From the NCBI GenBank assembly GCA_038215615.1, contig JBBQQR010000013.1, positions 1-54,138 of the forward strand: a DNA stretch of 54,138 nucleotides, written 5' to 3'. Shown here in pieces: positions 47,025-54,138 of this stretch; position 1 is the stretch's first letter; each line of letters starts with the position of its first letter. Both the position numbers and the translations under genes were made by a program. Below the pieces are notes generated by a model. That model did not search any database. It was given only the letters and a program-made list of their open reading frames with translations, and was not told where the DNA came from. This DNA comes from Vulcanimicrobiales bacterium (GTDB taxonomy: Bacteria > Vulcanimicrobiota > Vulcanimicrobiia > Vulcanimicrobiales > Vulcanimicrobiaceae).

Positions 47025-47889
47025 AGACGAACTCTGACGCCACGTCGGCAGGATCGCGTTTGCTGATATCTACTTCATAGTTGAGTCGCCGCAGGGCCGT
47101 ATCGGTCAGCATACTGGTGACCCGGTCGATCGTGATCACGACCGCGCCTTTCTGAATGTCGACGACTTCGGGCCGGACGATCGCGACGATATTATAGGGC
47201 GGCCAGAACCGGCGATCGTCTTCGAGCACGACGAGGTGCTTGGCAACGATCTGCGCGTCGGTCGTAAACGCCGTAGCAACGTCGGCATCGCCGCGCACGA
47301 GCGCTTCGTACTGCAAGCCGATGTCGAACGTTCGCACGGCCTTAAATTTGAAACCGCCGTAAAACTTTTGCAGTCCGGGCAGCGCGTCGGCGCGCGCGAC
47401 GAATTCGGGGACGGCCGCCAAGCGTAATTGCGGCGCTGCTTGCGCGCACTGCGAGAGTGTGCGCACGTTGTATTTCTTGGCGACGGCCTCGGTGACGGCA
47501 AGACCTTGTGAGTCGTTGCCGGGCGAGGGCTTCAGTACTGTCAGCCCAAAGCGTTTTTGAAACTCGCGCCTGACGACCGCGAAAACAGCTTTCGGATCGC
47601 GCATCGGCGGCAAATGCAACACGTCGATCAATGCAGTACCGGTGTATTCGGGATAGATTTGAATGTCGCCGCGCATAATCGCGGCCATGGCGATCTGGGT
47701 GCTGCCCAGGTTCATATGACGATCGATTTTGAACGCGCGCTGCTCCAAGCCGGCGGCGTAAATTTCGGCGACGGTAATGTTTTCGCTGAAGTTTTTCGAG
47801 CCGATGCGTAGCGCGTTGTTTTTTCCGCATTGCGGCAGGATGAGAGCGGAACCGAACATTGCGATCGCTTGCGCGCGCGAGAGTTTCAT
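47020..47889 (-). CDS. Quaternary-amine ABC transporter substrate-binding protein (OpuCC/OsmF-like), probable lipoprotein
   Basis: IGSKNFSE, IYPEYTGT, AFTTD, LEDDRRFWPPY. Confidence 0.92.
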   Translation of the reverse strand: MKLSRAQAIAMFGSALILPQCGKNNALRIGSKNFSENITVAEIYAAGLEQRAFKIDRHMNLGSTQIAMAAIMRGDIQIYPEYTGTALIDVLHLPPMRDPKAVFAVVRREFQKRFGLTVLKPSPGNDSQGLAVTEAVAKKYNVRTLSQCAQAAPQLRLAAVPEFVARADALPGLQKFYGGFKFKAVRTFDIGLQYEALVRGDADVATAFTTDAQIVAKHLVVLEDDRRFWPPYNIVAIVRPEVVDIQKGAVVITIDRVTSMLTDTALRRLNYEVDISKRDPADVASEFVY

Positions 47890-48488
47890 GTGTTCACCTC
47901 CAGACGGCGCTGCGCGAAACCGAGTCCGAACTCCACCGCCAGCGCGATTGCGGCAATCGTTCCCGCTCCCAGAAAGAGCAGACGCGGCTCGTTGGCTTGC
48001 AAACCTTCAGTAATGTATTCGCCAAGCCCGCCGGCGCCGATGAACGCTGCGAGCACTGCGCTTGCGATCACTTCGATGGCCGCCGTGCGCACGCCGGCAA
48101 AAAGAATCGGAAAAGCAAGCGGCCATTCGATGCGCCGCAATATCTGGCCACCGGTCATGCCGAGTCCGCGCGCCGCGTCGACCGCGGCTGCGGGAACGGC
48201 GCGAAATCCCAGATCCGTGTTGATGATTATCGGCGGGATGGCCAGCAGCGCGAGCGCCGCCAGCGCCGGCGCGAGTCCGACGCCGAATAAGGGAAGCATA
48301 AAGGTAAGCACGGCTAAACTCGGGATCACACGTCCGATGTTGGCGGCTAAGAGCAACGGGGAGCGCGCGTAAGCCAGATGAGAGGCCAAGATGCCTAGTG
48401 GAATCCCGGCGAGGGCGCCTGCTACCAGCGCGGCCGCCGCCAGTTCGAGATAGGTGATTACGTGTTGCCAGAAATCGGGCCAGTTCAT
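47886..48488 (-). CDS. Osmoprotectant-type ABC transporter permease
   Basis: RVIPSLAVL, IPPIIINT, DAARGLGMT, IEWPLAFP, FIGAGGLG; ATG start at 48488. Confidence 0.9.
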   Translation of the reverse strand: MNWPDFWQHVITYLELAAAALVAGALAGIPLGILASHLAYARSPLLLAANIGRVIPSLAVLTFMLPLFGVGLAPALAALALLAIPPIIINTDLGFRAVPAAAVDAARGLGMTGGQILRRIEWPLAFPILFAGVRTAAIEVIASAVLAAFIGAGGLGEYITEGLQANEPRLLFLGAGTIAAIALAVEFGLGFAQRRLEVNT

Positions 48489-48534
48489 CGCCCCCGAGTG
48501 ATTCCGCGCGGCGCGGCGAATCCCAGGTCTTCCA

Positions 48535-50640
48535 ATGCTTTCGCAGCCTAGACCGCAGCCGGCGGCCGAACAGGCCATCCGACCCCTGGACGATCCTTCG
48601 CTTTATTTCAGCCGAGAGCTCTCATGGCTGGAATTCAACGAGCGTGTGCTCGAAGAGGGACTCGACGAGGGTACGCCGCTGCTCGAACGGCTGCGCTTCG
48701 TCTCGATCTACGGCACCAATCTCGACGAATTCTTCATGGTGCGCATCGCTGCGATCAAACAGCAGATCGAAGCGCAGGTACACAAACGTTCCGAAGACGG
48801 CCGTTCACCGACGGAGCATTTGCTCGCCATTTCCGAACGGCTGCGCGTTTCGCTCGCGCGCCAAATGCGGCTGCTGAACGAAACGCTGCTGCCCGCGATC
48901 GACGAACACGGCATTCGCATTCTGCGGTCCAGCGAACTCGACGAAGATCGCCGCGCGCAAGTGGACCGGATGTTCGACGAGCGCGTTTTTCCGGTGCTTA
49001 CGCCGCTCGGTGTCGACGCCGGCCATCCGTTTCCATACATATCGAATCTCACGCTCTCGCTGGCCGTCGAACTCGAAGAGGTAACGGCCGACGGCGTGGA
49101 GCTGCACTTCGCGCGCGTGAAGATTCCGCAAACGCTGACGCGCTTCGTGCCGCTCGATTCGCCCGAGGGCGAGCAGCACTTCGTCCTGCTCGAAGATCTG
49201 ATCGCCCAGCATCTGCCCTCACTTTTTCCGGGCATGCAAGTTCGCGAGTCGTATTTATTCCGCGTAACGCGCGACGCCGATCTCGACGTACAAGAAGATG
49301 AGGCCGACGATTTGCTCGCGGCGATCGAATCGGAGCTCCAGCGGCGCCGCTTTGGTGAAGCCGTGCGTTTGGAGATCGAACGCGGCATGCCGGAGTACAT
49401 CCGGGATCTGCTGCTCGAAGCGCTCGATCTCTCGGCCAGCGATTGTTATGAAGTCGATGGCGTCATCGGCCTGGGCGATCTGCTCGCGCTCGTTAACTTA
49501 CCCGGACACGCGCAGCTGCACGACCCGCCGTTTACGCCCGCAATTCCTAAGCGGTTAGTCGGCGCCGCGGATATTTTTGCAGCGATTCGTGAGAGCGACA
49601 TCCTGCTGCATCATCCGTACGAGTCGTTCGATCCGGTGCTGCAGTTCGTGCGCCAAGCGGCCGAAGATCCGAGCGTTTTGGCGATTAAGATGACACTTTA
49701 CCGGACGTCGGGCAAGGATTCACCGATCGTACGCGCGCTGCTCGACGCCGCCGAAAACGGCAAGCAAGTCGCGGTGCTGATCGAATTGAAAGCGCGCTTC
49801 GACGAAGAGAACAACATCGAATGGGCGAGGCGGCTGGAGCGTGCCGGCGTCCACGTCGTCTACGGATTTGCGGGACTCAAGACGCACGCGAAGGTTACGC
49901 TGGTCGTGCGGCAAGATGACGACGGCATCCGCCGGTACATGCACTTCGGAACCGGCAACTATAATGAAAAGACGGCGCGCTTTTACACCGACATGAGCCT
50001 TTTTACGTGCCGCCCGGAGCTGGGCACGGACACGAGCGAGCTCTTCAACGCACTCACCGGGTTTTCGAAGGTTACCGATTACGAGGATCTGCTGGTGGCG
50101 CCCGTCAACATGCGACGCGAACTCACCGCGCTAATCGACCGTGAAGCCGAGCACGCCCGCGCCGGCCGGCCGGCCGGCATCCGCGCGAAACTCAATGCGA
50201 TCACCGATGGAGACCTCACGCGCGCGCTCTACCGCGCTTCGCAGGCGGGCGTTCCGGTCGACTTGCTCGTTCGCGGCATGTGCGTCGTGCGGCCGGGCGT
50301 TCCCGGCGTCAGCGAAACGATCCGCGTGCGGAGCATCGTCGGCCGGTTCCTGGAGCATTCGCGGCTCTTCGTTTTCGAAAATGCGGGCGATCGCGCCACG
50401 TTCATCGGCTCCGCCGATTGGATGGGACGCAATCTCGACCGGCGCGTCGAGACCATCGTCCCCGTGCTCGATCCGTTCCTCGCCGAGAAGATTTACGGAA
50501 GAATCCTCGGTGTGCTTTTTGCCGACAACGTGAAAAGCCGCGAACTGCAAGCGGACGGCTCCTACCGCAGGCTGCAGGCCCAAGCGGACGCTCCGGTCGA
50601 CGCCCAACAGGTCTTTCTGGGGCAGGCCCGAGCCCTCTAA
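48535..50640 (+). CDS. ppk1: Polyphosphate kinase 1
   Basis: RELSWLEFNERVL, NLDEFFMVR, HPFPYISN, LLHHPYESF, ELKARFDEENNI, KTHAK, GRFLEHSR, SADWMGRNLDRRVE. Confidence 0.97.
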   Translation: MLSQPRPQPAAEQAIRPLDDPSLYFSRELSWLEFNERVLEEGLDEGTPLLERLRFVSIYGTNLDEFFMVRIAAIKQQIEAQVHKRSEDGRSPTEHLLAISERLRVSLARQMRLLNETLLPAIDEHGIRILRSSELDEDRRAQVDRMFDERVFPVLTPLGVDAGHPFPYISNLTLSLAVELEEVTADGVELHFARVKIPQTLTRFVPLDSPEGEQHFVLLEDLIAQHLPSLFPGMQVRESYLFRVTRDADLDVQEDEADDLLAAIESELQRRRFGEAVRLEIERGMPEYIRDLLLEALDLSASDCYEVDGVIGLGDLLALVNLPGHAQLHDPPFTPAIPKRLVGAADIFAAIRESDILLHHPYESFDPVLQFVRQAAEDPSVLAIKMTLYRTSGKDSPIVRALLDAAENGKQVAVLIELKARFDEENNIEWARRLERAGVHVVYGFAGLKTHAKVTLVVRQDDDGIRRYMHFGTGNYNEKTARFYTDMSLFTCRPELGTDTSELFNALTGFSKVTDYEDLLVAPVNMRRELTALIDREAEHARAGRPAGIRAKLNAITDGDLTRALYRASQAGVPVDLLVRGMCVVRPGVPGVSETIRVRSIVGRFLEHSRLFVFENAGDRATFIGSADWMGRNLDRRVETIVPVLDPFLAEKIYGRILGVLFADNVKSRELQADGSYRRLQAQADAPVDAQQVFLGQARAL

Positions 50641-50667
50641 GGTCGAAGGGAGCCCGGTCGCGTCTAA

Positions 50668-50682
50668 TCCATTCTTAATGGA
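50668..50682. promoter_or_regulatory. Palindromic operator candidate upstream of the TonB-dependent receptor
   Basis: TCCATT-ctt-AATGGA in the AT-rich intergenic segment. Confidence 0.35.
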
Positions 50683-50756
50683 ACATTATGAAATGGTTTA
50701 GCCGACGCAAAGCTGCGGCGGTATCGCCGCGGCCACTCTTCCATATAGGAGGACGC

Positions 50757-53700
50757 GTGAGCAAATATATCCGCATCTTGTGCGTTTTAGCTCTCGCCAT
50801 TGTTACCGTCGGACCCGTAAGCGCGGCGACGGTCACAGGCAGCACGACGCTAATCGCCCAGGCGCAGTCCGCCTCGGTCTCCGGCAGAATCACCGATTCT
50901 TCAACCGGCGGCCCGGTGGTCAATGCAACAGTTTCACTGAAGGGACCGTCGCCGTACACAGCTACGACCGACGCTTCAGGCAGTTTTCAAATAAATAACG
51001 TCACACCCGGCATCTATTCCGTTGCGATTACAAAACCGGGATACAATGCGCTGACCGAGAGCACGCTCGTCGTGCTGGCGGGGGGCACGCCCAATATCAG
51101 CGGCCAGATGCAGCCAATTACATTCACCACGCTGCGCACGATTGCGTCGGTGCGTTCGACGGGCCGCGGCACGTTCAACGTTACGCCGGCATCGGTCAAC
51201 GTCGTGACCGCGCAAACGATCCAAGAACAGGGTCAGGCGCAGGTCATGAACGTGCTCAACCAGACCCCGGGTATCGTTGCGAGCTATCCGTCGTCAAGCG
51301 CCAACGGCGCGGCGCCGGGTGCGATCACGTTCCCGGATATCCGCGGTGCGCTGTCGTTTGAAACGGCCGCGCTCGTCGACGGACACCCGGTTTCGGTCGG
51401 TACGTTCGGTGACTATGTCTCGACGTTCATCCCGGCATTCATGCTGGGCAACATCGAAGTCGTCAAAGGCCCCGGCGTCGAGGCGCCCAACGTGAACTAC
51501 GCCATCGGCGGCACGGTGAACTACGGCACCAAGGAACCGACGTACACACCTCAAGGCTTCATCGGCCTGGGCGCGGACAACCGCGGCGGTACGCTGATCC
51601 ATTTCGACTTCACCGGAACCACGGGCCGCTTGGGATACGTCTTTGCCTACGCAAACGACAATCTCTCATCGGGACTCAATGGGTACCAAGCCATGATCTC
51701 GCCGTCCCAGGGTACAACCGGTATCCTAAACTGGAACGGCACCACGGGACGCTCGGTGGCGTTCAACGACGCCACCTTCTATGGAGGGTCGTCGCCATTC
51801 GCCATCCCGGGAACGATCTCGACGACGTTCAACAGCTTCAACCTGATCGCGTGCTGCGAGCCGATTCAAGACCTCTACCAAAACAAAGCGGCCTTGCTGA
51901 AGCTGCGCTATAAAACGTCGCCGGTCACATCGGTGACCTTCACGTACTTCGGCGCGCAAAGCTATGCCAACCAGGATGCGAACACAGGCGACGTTCCGCC
52001 TGGCTCGCAGTTCTGCTCGCCGGGCACCGTCACGGGAACCGGATCTGCGGCCACGATCAACTGCACGAACGCCTCGTACACGGGGCCGATTCCCAACAAC
52101 AGTCCCCAGCAAGTGATCTTCGCGCGGCCCGGACGTCAGCGCGAGGTGCAGAACGAGCCGATTATCATGGGCGACATTCGTACCTCAATGGGCAACGACA
52201 CGTTGCTCGCGCGGTACTACGCTGCCGGCATCCACCGGCTGCTGTACGAAGGTTCGGATAGTCCGAATGTTCCGGAAATCCTGAACCTTGCGTTCTACGG
52301 AAACGACACATCGACGGGCCAAACGTTCAACGGCGAAACCGTTCCGGTCGCGTTCTTCAACTACTTCAACCAAGCTGAAGACGACGTGCTGCACGGCTGG
52401 TCCATGGAATGGAACCACCCGTTCAATTCGACCAACTCGCTGACGGTCGCGGTCGACCAAACGAGCTCATCCACGGTCAGCTATAGCGTCGGTTCCAACA
52501 GCACGAGCGCGAACTCGAACATCAACATCTCGTCGTTCGCGACTCCCAACTTCAGCGTAACCCTGCCGAAGGGTTCGACACAGCTCTTCAGCACCGCGAT
52601 GGCGCGGCTGCAGTGGCAGCTGAGCCCGAAATGGAACGCGAGCCTGGCAGGCTACTACAACATCTACAACAGCACGTATCCGACGCAGTCGGTCAACGGC
52701 GGCTCTGGAGCCAACGCCTGTCAATTCAACGGAACGAATTGCGTATTCGGAAGCTCGATCACCAACCACTGGGACGAACGGATCGCGTTCGAGTACCGCC
52801 CGAACGCCAACCTCGCGTTGCGCGCCTCGGCGGGCAGTGCGATCGCGCCGCCGTATCTGCAGTTGCTCTCCGGCTTGGCCGGAGCGATCTCATACGCATC
52901 GGCGACCAACACGGCGACGCAGCGTATCAACACGGGCGGCCTGAAACCGGAGACGGCTTTTGGGTATGACGTCGGCGGCGACTATCGTTTCCGAGACGGC
53001 ATCACGACGCTCTCCGGGGACGTCTACCTGACCAACTTGCAGAATCACTTCTTGACCTACACCTACGACAGCGGTCAGAAGTGTCCGCAGTTCGATCCGG
53101 TGAACGGTGCCAACACGGGCGCCTGCTTCACCAACGGAGCGGAGCTGTTCTACACCTCGAATCGGAACCTCGCCGATGCCCGTTTTGAAGGGGTTGAATT
53201 CTCCCTCAAACACCGGCCATTGGTCGGATTCGGCTACACGGTTCAGGGTGCCGTACAGCGCGCCTATGCGTACGCCTTGCCGGCGTGCTTCTATAGCACG
53301 GCCATCAGCGCCACGACGCATCAGATAGACTGCACGCAGTTCAACACGAACCTCGCGATCATTCCGGGACAAAATTTCACCGGCAACGGGATCGGCGGCA
53401 ACGGCTGCGGATGCAACGGGTTCAGCAACCACTCGATCCCGTACTCGCAAGGGTACGCTGAACTCAACTACCGTTTCACCGGCGGAAGCTCGGTCTATGT
53501 CGGAGGAACGCTCCTTGGCAACAACAACTCGTTGAGAGTCCCGGCCTTCTGGCAGTACAGCGCCGGAACGACCATCCAACTCCACAACGGATTAGCGCTG
53601 CAAGTCAACGGATCCAATATCACCAACCAGTACTCCGGCGTGTGGCCTTCGTTCGGCGGTGGCATCCCCGCTCCGATCGCCGGTCTCACTCCGGCCGCAA

Positions 53701-53810
53701 CAGCCAACGGTCTAACCAACCAGTACACGGCAATGTGGGGCCAGGTACTCGGGCCGTCGCGCTGGCAGTTCCAACTGATCAAGCGTTTCGGAGGAAACAC
53801 CAACCCGTAA
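50757..53810 (+). CDS. TonB-dependent receptor with carboxypeptidase-regulatory-like N-terminal extension
   Basis: AGGAGG RBS then GTG 50757; signal peptide; SVSGRITDSSTGGPVVNATV; plug TPASVNVVT...LNQTPGI...IRG...LVDGHP...IEVVKGPG...IGGTVN; barrel motif LKPETAFGYDVG. Confidence 0.92.
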   Translation: MSKYIRILCVLALAIVTVGPVSAATVTGSTTLIAQAQSASVSGRITDSSTGGPVVNATVSLKGPSPYTATTDASGSFQINNVTPGIYSVAITKPGYNALTESTLVVLAGGTPNISGQMQPITFTTLRTIASVRSTGRGTFNVTPASVNVVTAQTIQEQGQAQVMNVLNQTPGIVASYPSSSANGAAPGAITFPDIRGALSFETAALVDGHPVSVGTFGDYVSTFIPAFMLGNIEVVKGPGVEAPNVNYAIGGTVNYGTKEPTYTPQGFIGLGADNRGGTLIHFDFTGTTGRLGYVFAYANDNLSSGLNGYQAMISPSQGTTGILNWNGTTGRSVAFNDATFYGGSSPFAIPGTISTTFNSFNLIACCEPIQDLYQNKAALLKLRYKTSPVTSVTFTYFGAQSYANQDANTGDVPPGSQFCSPGTVTGTGSAATINCTNASYTGPIPNNSPQQVIFARPGRQREVQNEPIIMGDIRTSMGNDTLLARYYAAGIHRLLYEGSDSPNVPEILNLAFYGNDTSTGQTFNGETVPVAFFNYFNQAEDDVLHGWSMEWNHPFNSTNSLTVAVDQTSSSTVSYSVGSNSTSANSNINISSFATPNFSVTLPKGSTQLFSTAMARLQWQLSPKWNASLAGYYNIYNSTYPTQSVNGGSGANACQFNGTNCVFGSSITNHWDERIAFEYRPNANLALRASAGSAIAPPYLQLLSGLAGAISYASATNTATQRINTGGLKPETAFGYDVGGDYRFRDGITTLSGDVYLTNLQNHFLTYTYDSGQKCPQFDPVNGANTGACFTNGAELFYTSNRNLADARFEGVEFSLKHRPLVGFGYTVQGAVQRAYAYALPACFYSTAISATTHQIDCTQFNTNLAIIPGQNFTGNGIGGNGCGCNGFSNHSIPYSQGYAELNYRFTGGSSVYVGGTLLGNNNSLRVPAFWQYSAGTTIQLHNGLALQVNGSNITNQYSGVWPSFGGGIPAPIAGLTPAATANGLTNQYTAMWGQVLGPSRWQFQLIKRFGGNTNP

Positions 53811-53828
53811 CGTTCACGCGAACGTAAC

Positions 53829-53861
53829 AAAAAAGGCCCGCCGTTTCGGCGGGCCTTTTTT
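53829..53861. terminator. Bidirectional intrinsic terminator
   Basis: AAAAAAGGCCCGCCG-ttt-CGGCGGGCCTTTTTT between convergent genes. Confidence 0.92.
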
Positions 53862-53862
53862 A

Positions 53863-54138
53863 TTACGCTGCTTTCGAAAGCTCCAAGACGACGTTCCACT
53901 CGTGCGGCATGACGGGCTGCACGGAAAGCCGGTACCCGCGCTTCAACAGATCCATGCCGAGCAGGCGCGGCTCCGCGCGCATGAGCGCCAGCGTCACCGG
54001 ATGCGCGAACTCCTGGACGAATCCGACGTCGACCATTTTCCACATGGGCTTATCGGGTGTGCTGCGCGGGTCGTAGTATTCGCCGCCTTTCTCGAAAGCG
54101 GTAAAATCCGGGTACGCCTCTTTCACGACCTTGCAGAT
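53863..54138 (-). CDS. EVE domain protein, C-terminal part (truncated by window end)
   Basis: AYPDFTAF...YYDPRSTPDKPMWKMVDV...RLSVQPV. Confidence 0.88.
   Translation of the reverse strand: MCKVVKEAYPDFTAFEKGGEYYDPRSTPDKPMWKMVDVGFVQEFAHPVTLALMRAEPRLLGMDLLKRGYRLSVQPVMPHEWNVVLELSKAA

Noticed and set aside
50641..50650. GGTCGAAGGG after ppk1 as another REP-like copy
   Set aside because: Only a short half-motif with no partner arm.
50695..50735. GACGCAAAGC resembling the c-di-GMP-I riboswitch core
   Set aside because: The upstream GGCAAAC and GAAA-capped stem and the downstream receptor and P1 pairing are not evident; a cmsearch would settle it.
1..54138. CRISPR arrays, tRNA or rRNA genes, IS elements, prophage, defence systems
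   Set aside because: Intergenic gaps are all short. I saw no spaced direct repeats or cloverleafs, and no transposase, integrase, phage or cas motifs.

Overview
Dense, high-GC bacterial chromosomal segment with about 57 genes. I saw no rRNA, tRNA, CRISPR array, transposase or prophage. The gene repertoire (TonB-dependent receptor, SigK/RskA, caa3-type A2 oxidase) points to a diderm soil or aerobic lineage, possibly Ca. Eremiobacterota; this placement is inference only. Main blocks: thrC end, APC permease and SigK-RskA-GNAT; a putative amino-sugar utilisation region (GH20 hexosaminidase, transporter fused to a PDZ-like domain, methyltransferase, frameshifted hydantoinase/oxoprolinase-A protein, FAD oxidoreductase, mini-HExxH protein, BadF-type kinase, nanE); a cytochrome caa3 operon with ctaA/ctaB; an alr-like gene, GH130, prfC and a threonine dehydratase-like gene; a BNR-repeat hydrolase, ROK kinase and tandem TTHB210-like paralogues; a glycolipid glycosyltransferase with a di-iron hydroxylase; egtD, an S9 peptidase and an Opu-type ABC transporter; ppk1, a Cys-rich TonB-dependent receptor and an EVE protein. 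Most notable: (1) a secreted helical protein carries a 13-residue motif matching, at 9/13 positions, the segment at the TonB-box position of the receptor in the same window; (2) the amino-sugar cluster contains an orphan hydantoinase-A and a transporter-PDZ fusion; (3) a REP-like palindromic element sits in frame inside release factor 3.
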